Source of the DNA: Candidatus Gastranaerophilales bacterium
GTDB taxonomy: Bacteria > Cyanobacteriota > Vampirovibrionia > Gastranaerophilales > Gastranaerophilaceae
NCBI GenBank assembly: GCA_900769645.1
Contig: CAAGHI010000063.1
Span: 83,379-147,378 of the forward strand
Length of the DNA stretch: 64,000 bases
Reading direction: 5' to 3'
Under the pieces are notes generated by a model. The model did not search any database. It was not told where the DNA came from and saw only the letters and a list, made by a program, of their open reading frames with translations. The first letter of the stretch is position 1, and each line of letters begins with the position of its first letter. The position numbers were made by a program, and so were the translations under genes. Of the stretch, positions 28,710 through 38,881 are shown one piece after another.

Positions 28710-29715
28710 GGTTGCGATTTCTGGGTATTACGGATTTAAAAATTTTGGAGATGAGGCGATATTGTCGGTTTTGACTTCGCACTTGAAGGGTTTGCCAGAT
28801 GTTGATGTGACAGTATTTTCAAGCGATTGTGAGTTTACAGAAAAAACTTATGGCGTAAAGGCTGTCAGACGCTTTGATTTGAGGACAGTTGTTGATACTA
28901 TTAAAAATTGTGATGTCTTGATTTCTGGTGGTGGAAGCCTTTTGCAAGATGTTACGAGTCTAAAAAGTTTGATTTATTATGCTTTTATAATTGCGCTAGG
29001 GCTTTTGCTTAATAAAAAAGTCATAATCTTTGCGCAGGGAATCGGGCCTTTAAATAGTGCTTTGGCAAAAAATATTGTGAAAAATCTTTTGAAATATTGT
29101 CAAATTGTTACCGTACGTGATGAAAAAAGTTTGAATTTACTTAAATCATTGAGCGTCGAGGCAAAATTGGTTTGTGATCCGATTTATTCTTTGAATATCC
29201 CTGTGACAGCAAATAGTGGTGTCGTTGGAATTCAGCTCCGAGAATTCAAGACGATGAATGAAGAGTTGCTTCAAAAGCTTGCACTTCTTTTGGTTACAAA
29301 GTTCGAAAACAAGAAAATCGAGATTTTTTCACTCCAAAAAACACAGGATTTAGAGTTGTCAAAACATTTTGAGCGGATTTTAAAATCGTTTAACCCTGAT
29401 ATGCAAACAGAGATTGTGGAAGATGACATTATTAATCGCTTGTCACATCTTGAATATTTGATTGGTATGCGTTTCCATGCGGTTTTAGTTGCATTGAAGG
29501 CTGGTGTGAAAACTTGCGCTATAAACTATGATGTTAAGGTTGAAAAATTAGCTGCAGATGCTAAAATCCCGATGATTTCTATGGACGCACACGAAAATCT
29601 TGAGGCTATTTATCAAAAACTTGAAAACCTCAATAAAGACGAAATATTGGCATTTGCAAATTCCAAAAAGTTTGATTGGGAGATGTTTGATAAATTACTT
29701 GTCTTGTCCAAATAA
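28702..29715 (+). CDS. csaB: Polysaccharide pyruvyl transferase, CsaB family
   Basis: ISGYYGFKNFGDEAIL N-terminus, MRFHAVL; overlaps the kdgK stop by 8 nt. Confidence 0.6.
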   Translation: MVKVAISGYYGFKNFGDEAILSVLTSHLKGLPDVDVTVFSSDCEFTEKTYGVKAVRRFDLRTVVDTIKNCDVLISGGGSLLQDVTSLKSLIYYAFIIALGLLLNKKVIIFAQGIGPLNSALAKNIVKNLLKYCQIVTVRDEKSLNLLKSLSVEAKLVCDPIYSLNIPVTANSGVVGIQLREFKTMNEELLQKLALLLVTKFENKKIEIFSLQKTQDLELSKHFERILKSFNPDMQTEIVEDDIINRLSHLEYLIGMRFHAVLVALKAGVKTCAINYDVKVEKLAADAKIPMISMDAHENLEAIYQKLENLNKDEILAFANSKKFDWEMFDKLLVLSK

Positions 29716-30636
29716 TTGCTGATATCTCTTAGATAATGCTTGTCTAAATGTTGTATTATTGGCTTGTCCAAGATTTTCAGTATTCTTTGCATATTCTTCA
29801 GAAGTAATTACACCATCTAGTTTTCCATTAGAATCTGCATCTAATACAGCCATACTTGATGCTAATTCTTTCCAGTCTAACTTGCCATCACCATTGATAT
29901 CAAGGTTATGGAACGCATTTTGAGCCATAGTTTTTGCCTGTGCTTTTTCTTTATCACTTGCGTCGCTCTTTAAATGACTCATTTCATATTTTACATATTC
30001 ATCAATTGTTAATTGTTGGTCATTGTTACCTGATGATTGATCCATTTCAGCAAGGAAGGATTTTCCAAGCTCACTGACTGCTTGTTTGTATTTCGCAGCT
30101 CCTTTATCTGTTTTGTCAACTCCACCTTTGACAATTTCAACTTCTTTACCTTTTATGGGTTTGCCATCTTTATCTACTATTTGGGTACTAGCCTCGTCAA
30201 AAGCTTTGCCAAGTTTAGTACTTTGGTTTTTATCAATATCACCTGCATATTTTGCATTAGAAATAGGTGTACCTGTTTTCTGTTGAGCGGCTTTGGCTTT
30301 GGCTGCTTGATCAATTGCCGCAATTTCTAATCCATCTGAATAGCCCATTTGTTGTGCCATTTGGATACCAACTTGAGAGTTATAGTTTGAGAACCAATCT
30401 CCACCGGAATAATTCATTATGCCAAGTGGATCGTACATCATTGAGTTGTTACAACAACCACCATAATTTTGCCCATAACCACCCCAACAGTTGCCAAAAA
30501 TACTCTGTTGTCGGTTCATTTGACGCATTGCTGCACTTGCCATGCCGGCATTCATTGCTGTTTGTCCAAATGCTCCGAATAATTTGGACAAATTGCCATT
30601 TTGAATATTTGTTTTAAACCAATTGCCGATTGTCAT
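29695..30636 (-). CDS. Hypothetical protein with a C-terminal EF-hand pair and a Gly/Cys/Asn-rich N-terminus
   Basis: DINGDGKLDWKE and DADSNGKLDGVIT calcium-binding loops; CWGGYGQNYGGCCNN. Confidence 0.5.
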   Translation of the reverse strand: MTIGNWFKTNIQNGNLSKLFGAFGQTAMNAGMASAAMRQMNRQQSIFGNCWGGYGQNYGGCCNNSMMYDPLGIMNYSGGDWFSNYNSQVGIQMAQQMGYSDGLEIAAIDQAAKAKAAQQKTGTPISNAKYAGDIDKNQSTKLGKAFDEASTQIVDKDGKPIKGKEVEIVKGGVDKTDKGAAKYKQAVSELGKSFLAEMDQSSGNNDQQLTIDEYVKYEMSHLKSDASDKEKAQAKTMAQNAFHNLDINGDGKLDWKELASSMAVLDADSNGKLDGVITSEEYAKNTENLGQANNTTFRQALSKRYQQLFGQDK

Positions 30637-30744
30637 GGTATCTCTTTCTTAACATTATATACTATATATATATAAAGTATTGAAAATGCCAGAAATTGCC
30701 CCAAATTCGGTTTTTGTTAATAAAAGTTAATATTGTTTGCAATA

Positions 30745-30770
30745 AAAAAGACCTCATTAGAGGTCTTTTT
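30745..30770. terminator. Bidirectional terminator hairpin (AAAAAGACCTC atta GAGGTCTTTTT) 3' of tRNA-Leu
   Basis: Perfect stem flanked by an A5 run and a T5 run. Confidence 0.65.
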
Positions 30771-30775
30771 AGATT

Positions 30776-30861
30776 TGCCCTGGGCCAGACTTGAACTGGC
30801 ACTGGATTTAACTCCAACCGGATTTTAAGTCCGACGCGTCTACCGATTCCGCCACCAGGGC
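30776..30861 (-). tRNA. tRNA-Leu (anticodon TAA)
   Basis: Reverse complement GCCCTGGTGGCGGAATCGGTAGACGCGTCGGACTTAAAATCCGG…CCAGGGCA; 7 bp acceptor stem, long variable arm, anticodon loop CUUAAAA. Confidence 0.85.
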
Positions 30862-30922
30862 TTAACAGACTTGATTGTAGCTTAAAATATCTTAAAAGTC
30901 AATAATTTATTTTTTAGTTTAT

Positions 30923-31067
30923 CGATAATGAAGATAGACTCCAGATCGTAGTCCGGAGTGACAGGTGCTATGCATGTAGCCCTCTGCTGCAATTCTTGTC
31001 ATTCTGAAAGCTTAGAATATTAATGCGAGTTTCAACGAGCATATAATATTCTTGCTATTCAGAATCT
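30923..31067 (+). repeat. Composite family-1 repeat: module A (atagactccRgatcRtagtccggag), module B (ggtgctaYgcaYgtag…), module C (MITE-like hairpin)
   Basis: The same modules recur at 39061-39349 and, rearranged or reversed, at 36192-36420. Confidence 0.65.
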
Positions 31068-31097
31068 ATACAAATGGCTAGGTTCTTTCGCTGTTCC

Positions 31098-32306
31098 TCA
31101 GAATGACGACTTCGTAATCAACTGTGGATATTCTTTCAGCTCCACTACTTTTGACTTGATTTTTTCATGCAACTTTGTCAGTTCTGCCATGACCAATTTT
31201 TCGTTTGCCAAAGTTATTTTTCCAAAAAGTGCCGGATATTTTACGTTTTGCAAAAAGCTATCTCTGAAATTTTTCAACTCTACATAATCTGTCAAATCAA
31301 TGATTTCGCATAAATCTGGTAAATCTATAAACAAATCGCCTAATTGAATTTTTGCTTTTTTGATTTTCCCAGACGAAATAAGTTTTTTCAATTTGTTCAG
31401 ATGTGTTAAAATTGTTTCATAATTCTTGCAAATTTTGTTTTTCTTTTGTGGCAAAAATTCTTTAAAATAGCTGATAGTCTGGTTATAACCTGAATCAATC
31501 AGCTCAATTCTTTTCGCTTCAGAAATATTAAAGTCCACAACCACAATATCGCCTGTGTTCAGTACAATGTAGTCGAACTTGTCTTTTTTTGCATAAATAT
31601 TTGTGATAAAAGCCGTTGACATTGCGGTCATACAGCTATAGACAGCATTTGCGTAATCAATGCCTGATATATCATTTTTTTCATAATAGCCTTCAAGGCG
31701 GAATTCGAGAATTCTTTCATCGTCCGTCAAAAGATTTTTTGACAATTTCCACATTGGCCAACTTTTTTGGAGATCGCCGTCTACGAGGAGCGTTTTGTTG
31801 TATTCAATAGGTTTCATAAGTCCAGGCATACAGCAAGAAATCCTTACGGCTGAGGCAATTTCATAATCCGGGGTCTCAAATTTTGAAAACTCTTTGCACT
31901 CAAAATTTGATAAATCTGTTGTGATTATAACGAGATTTTTGGCGATGTCTTTGAACGTAACGGCTCTGTTTGTACCTTTTTTGTACTTGTCGCCGTAGAA
32001 TTTTTTCTCAATAAGTTCTCGAACCCATTCAAGAAAAACTTCGCCCTTACTTAGGGCAAACAGTGGTCCAATGCCGATTGAGATGTCTTTGAATAAGTCA
32101 AAATTAACTTTTAAAAAGACGTCTTTAAGTTCTTCTGCCGTGTAACCAACAGCCAAAAATGCTGCAATAATTGAGCCGACAGATGAACCTGCTAACCTGT
32201 CTGGCGAAATTCCGAGTTCTTCCAAGGCTTTTATGGCGCCAATGTACGATACCCCTCGAATTGCGCCTCCGCCAAATAAACATGTATATTTTAAACTTCT
32301 ATTCAT
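31098..32306 (-). CDS. Patatin-like phospholipase
   Basis: GGGAIRG oxyanion motif, GSSVG nucleophile elbow, VDGDL catalytic Asp; 402 aa. Confidence 0.7.
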   Translation of the reverse strand: MNRSLKYTCLFGGGAIRGVSYIGAIKALEELGISPDRLAGSSVGSIIAAFLAVGYTAEELKDVFLKVNFDLFKDISIGIGPLFALSKGEVFLEWVRELIEKKFYGDKYKKGTNRAVTFKDIAKNLVIITTDLSNFECKEFSKFETPDYEIASAVRISCCMPGLMKPIEYNKTLLVDGDLQKSWPMWKLSKNLLTDDERILEFRLEGYYEKNDISGIDYANAVYSCMTAMSTAFITNIYAKKDKFDYIVLNTGDIVVVDFNISEAKRIELIDSGYNQTISYFKEFLPQKKNKICKNYETILTHLNKLKKLISSGKIKKAKIQLGDLFIDLPDLCEIIDLTDYVELKNFRDSFLQNVKYPALFGKITLANEKLVMAELTKLHEKIKSKVVELKEYPQLITKSSF

Positions 32307-32324
32307 AGAGTTATTATAACCTAC

Positions 32325-33833
32325 TTAAAATTTTATTCCTGTACTAAACAGAGTATTTTTATAATACCCCATGTCGTCAGTTGGTTTTTTGTAACTTTTT
32401 TGAACTTTATTTTTTGGAACAAATACGCCGAACTGTTTCCCTTCGTACACAATAGCCCATTCGTTGCCATTTTTTAGGGTGTTGTAGATTGGATAAGTGT
32501 TTTCCAAAATCATTATGTCAGGCATAAAATATGTGAAAAGTTGACGCCAATTTGGATAAACCATAAAGAATTCCTTCAAAACAGGCACCATATAGTCGTA
32601 ATAGACCTCTTCGTAGCGGCCGTCCATATAGATTTTGTTTTGCGGATAAAGTTTGTATGCGGCATAGCTTCCGTATCCAAAGTCTGTCAGCAATTTCCCT
32701 TGAATGTTATTTATTTTGATAAATTCAACTTCTTTAACGGGATAAGCACCCATTCCGACAGGAATTGAGATATCTTTTATTGTAAGTGTGAAAATCGAGA
32801 TAAATAAAATTGCCGTGTATACGCATCGGTCTTTCCATTCCGGAAGTTTTACGTTTTCGATAAGTTTGTAAAAATCTTCGTAAACAAAGCAAACCGAGGC
32901 GATTGCAAAGAACGGTAAAAGCTTAACGTGACTGATTGCAAGGTATAATGTCGCTAAAAGTACGATGTATTTGACTTTGTCAGCTTTGTTGTACCATTCT
33001 TTGAGCGAACTTGCTTTTATGTTTTTGCAGATAAAAATCCCTTCTGCCAAAACACTTCCGAACATAAACAATTTGAACGGAATTTGTTTGTATAAGAAAT
33101 ATTTTGAGAAAAGTCCCCACCATTCAATTATGTGCGGTCTAGGCATTGTGTTTGCCATAAGTAAGAATTTTATATATTGCCAGCCCCAAGGATTGATTAA
33201 TAGCAATGGGGTCGTTCCGAGTGTTATCAGATATTTGGCAAACGGCTTTTTGTTAAGGAATTCGCCGACTGCATACATTCCTAAAAGTCCGAGTCCAGAA
33301 ACCACTCCACCGTGGATATTGTTCCAAAGTATTACCATAACCGGAATTAGGTATAAAAGCTTGTTGCTTCCGGTTTTTCGAACTTTTTCCAATATATAAA
33401 TAAATATTGTGAAAAATAGAAAACTGAACATGTGACATCTTATTGGTTCGTTAAGGTTTGCCATTACAGCCATTAGCGCAAAGAAATAGAATATGATGTT
33501 GTACGGAGAACTGTTTTCACGAAGTTTGACGACTTTTGAGGCGGTAAAAAATATTCCAAAAAACATTAACGCTTGCAAAATAATTAGGCTAAATGCGCCA
33601 AAATATTTTAGGCATGCGTAAAATATTACACCGGCGCCCCATTCATGATCCCACCACGTGTGAACAGGTGTGTAGGATAAAAAATCTTGGGTTAATACAT
33701 GCCCACCGTCGATTACGCCCATGCCTGCAATTAGTCTGGCCCATAAGTCGTAGTCAAAATGATTTACGGTGACTGAAAATGCTAAAATTAATAAAAATAG
33801 TGTTACGTAAAATAATAAAGCTCTCTTGTTCAT
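32325..33833 (-). CDS. Polytopic membrane protein, possibly a GT-C-fold glycosyltransferase-like protein
   Basis: Start at MNKRALLFYVTLFLL; ≥10 predicted TM helices; functional call is tentative. Confidence 0.3.
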   Translation of the reverse strand: MNKRALLFYVTLFLLILAFSVTVNHFDYDLWARLIAGMGVIDGGHVLTQDFLSYTPVHTWWDHEWGAGVIFYACLKYFGAFSLIILQALMFFGIFFTASKVVKLRENSSPYNIIFYFFALMAVMANLNEPIRCHMFSFLFFTIFIYILEKVRKTGSNKLLYLIPVMVILWNNIHGGVVSGLGLLGMYAVGEFLNKKPFAKYLITLGTTPLLLINPWGWQYIKFLLMANTMPRPHIIEWWGLFSKYFLYKQIPFKLFMFGSVLAEGIFICKNIKASSLKEWYNKADKVKYIVLLATLYLAISHVKLLPFFAIASVCFVYEDFYKLIENVKLPEWKDRCVYTAILFISIFTLTIKDISIPVGMGAYPVKEVEFIKINNIQGKLLTDFGYGSYAAYKLYPQNKIYMDGRYEEVYYDYMVPVLKEFFMVYPNWRQLFTYFMPDIMILENTYPIYNTLKNGNEWAIVYEGKQFGVFVPKNKVQKSYKKPTDDMGYYKNTLFSTGIKF

Positions 33834-33996
33834 TTTTTTATTATAGCAGGAAAAGTCGTTGTGGCTTGATGTTTGCAAAAATATACGTTTGTAACATTTT
33901 GTAATAATTGGGGCTGAATTATTAAAGAATTTGGATAAATGAACCGATATACCATAATGTAAGTTACTAAGGAAAAAAGAAAGGTAAACGTCGACC

Positions 33997-36123
33997 ATGG
34001 GAATGGCAGCAGGACAAGCTAGATTGTTATCTATCACGACTCGTATGTCTGACAACGAGTTGAGAGCTCAGCTTATCAACAACGATAAGATGCGTCTTGC
34101 GACCAAGAGTTCGCAGGTAAGCGAAGCTTATACAACTGCGTTGAACGAAGCTCAAATGATGTTTACAAACTACGATGCTGATAATAAAACAAGCTACAAA
34201 GAGTTGACTTATAACGCTTTGACAGCATACAATCCTTATAACAACCAATATGCAATTTCAAACGCATCTGGTCAAGTTCTTGTATCAGAAACTGATGCAA
34301 CAAACTTCAAAAATGCTAATGGTGATTTGAACACATTTTTGAAAAGCTATGGCTTGGAATATTCAACTGATTACTTCTCAAGTTTGATTGGTAATCATGT
34401 AGTAACTCCAGAAAAAGGTTCTCCTTATCTTGAATATAAAACAGGTATCTTTGACGATGACGGTGGTGAAATCCTTGGTCGTATTGATTTTGCGGAAGGT
34501 AATGAATATGGCGGTACTAGCTTGTCAGAAGTTCTAAAAAATATGTACATTGGTATTCCTAATTCAGATCACCCTGGATATGATGTAACAAAATCTTCTC
34601 AAGATTATTTGAACTATACTGGCTATTTGTCAGATTATACAAGTGCATATAATACTATGATGTCAGTTGTAAGTGACAAAATGTCAATTGAATTGATGGG
34701 AACAGCAACTACTGGCGGAGTAAAATTTAGTGATTTATATGACAAAATGTTTTCAGATGAAACTGTCAGCTATACAGATTTAGCTAACTTATCTGAAATT
34801 ATAGGAAAGTTAGAAACATACGCAAAAGATGATGGTAAAACTTATCTAACAGAATTGAAGAATTCTTTAAATGACTATAAAACTAATAACAATTGGCTTC
34901 ATTCTTCATATTCTAACGGAACATTAAAACGTAGTTCCGATTCAACATCTACTACTTTGACATATTCTGATATTCGTAAAAACGAAAAAAATGAAGATGA
35001 AGAATTTAATACAAAACTTGTATTCACAAAATCTGGTACTAATTATACAATGAAAGTTGGAGGTAATTCTACAGCTATAACTGGTACTGCTAATGGTTCT
35101 AAGATTGATTTTACTTACTATATAAATAGTGAAGGTACAACAATTAGCACTACAGAATATAATGCTCTTGAGCCTGCAGGAAAAGTTAATTATATTAAGG
35201 GGCAAAAGTCAATTGATACATCATTGTTTGATAGTGGTAATTATGATACTTCTGGAAACTTGAAAAATGCAGGTGATATTGGAAAATTATATTCTAATAC
35301 CGAAATTACAGGTGACGACAGAAAAGATATAGGTAAAAAAATTGTTGAAACTATTCAAGAAAGTATTACAAATATCTGGGATATAGGCGCTAGTAATGGC
35401 ACACAAGGAGCTTTTACAAAATTTACAGATGCTCCTGATGGAACATACTACAAAACATTTATAGATACTGCAAAAAAATTCTATTTAGAAATGTTTGGTA
35501 AAGAGATTGGTTCTGAAACTAATCCGCTACCGTCTAGTTCAAAGGATATTTTGTATAATATGGGCACCATTGAAGCTTTAAAAAAAGCAATTGAAACTAG
35601 TGCAACTTCTGGTAAGCAAAAAGCTTTCAAAAAAATCTATGATGTTTATGTTTTGGATTGTGTAATGGATACTTATGGCGAGCCAAAATTCTCTTGGATA
35701 GATCAAAAAGATAAAAATGCAAACGGTGAAAAAAAGGCTCAATGGTACACAAACTTGTTCAACAGAATGAAATCTGGTGGCTACAAAACATTGCAAGATG
35801 GACTTGCATCTAGCACAGAATGGATTAAATTCGCATTTGAAAGTGGACTTGTTACATTGGAACAAGTTGATAGCAAAAACGCTTGGAACTCAACAACTTA
35901 CTCAAATTGTAGCGATATTACAGAACAAACAGACACAACAGCTGTTACAATTGCAGAAGCTGAGTATAATGCTCAAATGACAAAAATTCAAAACAAAGAT
36001 AAAATGTACGATTTGGAACTAAAAAATATCGATACTGAACACAATTCACTTCAAACAGAATACGAATCAATAAAAGGTGCAATTGATAAAAACATAGAAA
36101 GAACATTTAAAATTTACTCATAA
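33997..36123 (+). CDS. Hypothetical 708 aa protein with a S/T/N-rich centre and a C-terminal coiled coil
   Basis: No signal peptide or known motif; MGMAAGQARLLSITTRMSDNELRAQL N-terminus. Confidence 0.45.
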   Translation: MGMAAGQARLLSITTRMSDNELRAQLINNDKMRLATKSSQVSEAYTTALNEAQMMFTNYDADNKTSYKELTYNALTAYNPYNNQYAISNASGQVLVSETDATNFKNANGDLNTFLKSYGLEYSTDYFSSLIGNHVVTPEKGSPYLEYKTGIFDDDGGEILGRIDFAEGNEYGGTSLSEVLKNMYIGIPNSDHPGYDVTKSSQDYLNYTGYLSDYTSAYNTMMSVVSDKMSIELMGTATTGGVKFSDLYDKMFSDETVSYTDLANLSEIIGKLETYAKDDGKTYLTELKNSLNDYKTNNNWLHSSYSNGTLKRSSDSTSTTLTYSDIRKNEKNEDEEFNTKLVFTKSGTNYTMKVGGNSTAITGTANGSKIDFTYYINSEGTTISTTEYNALEPAGKVNYIKGQKSIDTSLFDSGNYDTSGNLKNAGDIGKLYSNTEITGDDRKDIGKKIVETIQESITNIWDIGASNGTQGAFTKFTDAPDGTYYKTFIDTAKKFYLEMFGKEIGSETNPLPSSSKDILYNMGTIEALKKAIETSATSGKQKAFKKIYDVYVLDCVMDTYGEPKFSWIDQKDKNANGEKKAQWYTNLFNRMKSGGYKTLQDGLASSTEWIKFAFESGLVTLEQVDSKNAWNSTTYSNCSDITEQTDTTAVTIAEAEYNAQMTKIQNKDKMYDLELKNIDTEHNSLQTEYESIKGAIDKNIERTFKIYS

Positions 36124-36191
36124 AAATACACACTACTTTTTATATTTATTTTTCCCCTACACAATTTTTCTAGCAGGACTTGGTCCTGCTT

Positions 36192-36420
36192 TTTTATTAG
36201 ACTCCGTCCGGAGTCTAATGTTATTGATAATAGATTCTGAATAGCAAGAATATTATATGCTCGTTTGAACTCGCATTAATATTCTAAGCTTTCAGAATGA
36301 CAACTAAAGTTGCTACTATTTATTGTTCCAAGGGGCTACGTGCCAGAACTGTTAAATTTTTACCAATCCCTCAATGGGCAACGGACTTCGTCCGAAAAAA
36401 AACCTCTATCTGAAAGATAG
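36192..36420 (-). repeat. Composite family-1 repeat in reverse orientation: palindromic module A', module C reversed (36232-36301), module B-like, then GGACTTCGTCC and CCTCTATCTGAAAGATAGAGG hairpins
   Basis: Module C is the exact reverse complement of the 30998-31067 copy. Confidence 0.65.
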
Positions 36421-36884
36421 AGGTTGGAATTCTGTTAAGTAATTCCTCGTGTGTAGAAGGTTAGTGTGTAGTAGGTAGTGTAAATAGTTTGTGTGTTATT
36501 TATCTCGTGTTTATTTAATCCGTTTTGTTTGCTTATCGCTTACATATTAATAAAGTATTTTTGTTGTATATAATTGCTATATATTGTTTGTTTTGTTACA
36601 TTTCTTAATATGTTTTTAAAAAGGAAGAATATAGATGCACAATAGTGCTGATATCCAAAATCTGTTCTAAAAACAAGAATTTCCTATCGATAAATTTTAT
36701 ATCCTCCCTTTATATTATTCTTATACCCAAGTTTTTTTAAAAATAACATTATTTTTAGAAAAACACTCAAAACTTAACAAATCGCTTTTCGCTTGTCTTT
36801 ACTTAATCTTTACATAAAAACTATTGACCTTTTTTGAAAAAAGTATTCTAATAGGAAGGTACAGTTAGAAGGAAAGAGGTCTAG

Positions 36885-38249
36885 ATGAAAGAATTCACTC
36901 ACACAAGATTGGACGGTAAACAGTTTTCGGAAGATGATATTAAGGGGTTTATTAAGGACTATAATATCAAGTTTATTAAGTTGCAGTTTGTTGATATTAA
37001 CGGACAGGTGAAGAATATGACTATTCCTTCACAACATATTGAAAAAGCTCTTAATAATGAGATAATGCTTGATGGCTCGTCTATTAAAGGGTTTAGAAGT
37101 ATTGAAACTTCAGATATGTTTTTCCACCCAGACAAAAATTCATTCCAAATTTTACCTTGGAGGGGAAAAGATGGCTCTAATTCTGCAAGATTGATTTGTG
37201 ATATTTATAATGCTGACGGAACTCCGTTTGAAGGGTGTCCGAGATGTAATTTGAAACGAGTTATGAAGGAAGCTGAAAAGATGGGATTTTCGATGAATGT
37301 CGGACCTGAGGCTGAGTTTTTCTTGTTTTCAAAAGATAAAGACGGAAATGTAACAACTTCAACTCAAGATAGAGCAGGTTACTATGACGTAGGTCCGGAA
37401 GATTTGGGTGAAGATGTCCGTTCTGACATTGTTTTGACTCTTCAAGAAATGGGCTTTGATATTGAGGCTTCTCACCACGAGGTTGCTGATGGACAGCACG
37501 AAATCGATTTTAGATATGCAGATATTTTGACAGCGGCTGATAACGTTGCGACTTTCAAGGTTGCAGTTAAGGCGATTGCCGCAAGACATAATTTACATGC
37601 TACGTTTATGCCAAAACCAATTTATGGAATTAACGGGTCTGGTATGCACTGTAATGTTTCGTTGTTTAAGGACGGAAAGAATGCGTTTTTTGATGAAAAT
37701 GCAGAATACCAACTTTCAGATGTCGCAAAATACTCAATTGGCGGTATGTTGAAACATGTTAAAAGCATTACGGCTGTTTTGAACCCGACTGTAAACAGCT
37801 TTAAACGACTTGTTCCAGGGTATGAGGCTCCAGTTTATTTGGCTTGGTCTTTGGCAAACAGAAGTGCGTTGTTGAGAGTACCTGCAAAACGAGGTAGCTC
37901 AACTCGTGTAGAACTTCGTTCTCCGGATCCGGCATGCAACCCTTATTTGGCATTCGCGGCGATTTTGGAAGCTTGCTTGGACGGTGTTAGAAACAAAATT
38001 GATCCGCCAGCTCCTGTTGAAAGCAATATTTACAAACTAACAACTAAGGAACGCAAAAAACAGAGAATTGATTCGCTCCCAGGAAGTTTGGCTGAGGCGT
38101 TGGAATTGTTTGACAAGTCGCTTGTTTCAAAAGCTGCACTTGGAGAGCATATTTTCAATGAATTTTTGTCAGCTAAAACTAAGGAATGGGACGCATTTAG
38201 AACTTATGTTTCTCAATGGGAGATTGACAAATACTTAGAAAGGTATTAG
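36885..38249 (+). CDS. glnA: Glutamine synthetase type I
   Basis: DGSSIKGF, NVGPEAEFFLF, KPIYGINGSGMHCNVSL; 454 aa. Confidence 0.9.
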   Translation: MKEFTHTRLDGKQFSEDDIKGFIKDYNIKFIKLQFVDINGQVKNMTIPSQHIEKALNNEIMLDGSSIKGFRSIETSDMFFHPDKNSFQILPWRGKDGSNSARLICDIYNADGTPFEGCPRCNLKRVMKEAEKMGFSMNVGPEAEFFLFSKDKDGNVTTSTQDRAGYYDVGPEDLGEDVRSDIVLTLQEMGFDIEASHHEVADGQHEIDFRYADILTAADNVATFKVAVKAIAARHNLHATFMPKPIYGINGSGMHCNVSLFKDGKNAFFDENAEYQLSDVAKYSIGGMLKHVKSITAVLNPTVNSFKRLVPGYEAPVYLAWSLANRSALLRVPAKRGSSTRVELRSPDPACNPYLAFAAILEACLDGVRNKIDPPAPVESNIYKLTTKERKKQRIDSLPGSLAEALELFDKSLVSKAALGEHIFNEFLSAKTKEWDAFRTYVSQWEIDKYLERY

Positions 38250-38295
38250 AATATAATTGACTTAATTCAAATTATTATTAAACAGAAAAACTCCT

Positions 38296-38326
38296 AAAGA
38301 GGCTCTAATCAAGAGCCTCTTTCTTT
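38296..38326. terminator. Bidirectional terminator (AAAGAGGCTC taatca GAGCCTCTTT) between glnA and the convergent gene
   Basis: 10 bp stem with an A-run on one side and TTTCTTT on the other. Confidence 0.6.
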
Positions 38327-38342
38327 ATGAGTGACTCTTAGC

Positions 38343-38648
38343 TTACTTTGGCAAGTGCTTTTGCCAATCTGCGTCAAGAGCTTTGATAAAACGATGTGCA
38401 TCAATTACATCGTCATAATTTATTGGTTCCGGACCTTCTTGAACTTCCATTGGCTCGTAATCCTTTATATCAACGTTGTTTATACCTAAAAATGCGACGC
38501 CAAAGTCCTTGCCACAATGTTTGCAAGAAAGACCGACTACCGTAAGCCCTTCTTCCTCTCGCTTAATAGTTATTGAGTCTTCATCAAAGCCATTTTTACA
38601 ATGTGAACAGCATAGATTTGAGAATAATTTTTCGATTTTCTTTTTCAT
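38343..38648 (-). CDS. Small zinc-ribbon-like protein with two CxxC pairs
   Basis: CSHCKNGF…CKHCGKDF; 101 aa. Confidence 0.45.
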   Translation of the reverse strand: MKKKIEKLFSNLCCSHCKNGFDEDSITIKREEEGLTVVGLSCKHCGKDFGVAFLGINNVDIKDYEPMEVQEGPEPINYDDVIDAHRFIKALDADWQKHLPK

Positions 38649-38785
38649 AAGTCCTCTCTTTATATTATATTATAAAATTTTTTATTAAAAAATGTTAATT
38701 TTTCCTCAAGCATGGGTATAATATAAGTGTAGCGAATTATATATGTCGTTTCGGTTCGCTAGAGCTAACAGATAGGAGTGTTATC

Positions 38786-38881
38786 ATGGAAGCTATTAAC
38801 CTAATTCTATTCGGATTTATCGTTTACACTGCGTTAATCGTAGTACCAAGCATCTGGGAAGAGTTAACTACAGAAAGCTAA
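38786..38881 (+). CDS. 31-aa hydrophobic peptide (MEAINLILFGFIVYTALIVVPSIWEELTTES), type I toxin-like small membrane protein
   Basis: AGGAG RBS 7 nt upstream; extended -10 TGGGTATAAT at ~38715; 5' leader hairpin TAGCGAA…TTCGCTA. Confidence 0.3.
   Translation: MEAINLILFGFIVYTALIVVPSIWEELTTES

Noticed and set aside
36440-36884. NtcA-type GTA-N8-TAC site or riboswitch upstream of glnA
   Set aside because: No exact GTAN8TAC was found at a plausible -41 position relative to the candidate promoter (TTGACC…TCTAAT ~36824-36852). The GT-rich GTGTGTAG repeats have no recognisable riboswitch structure.
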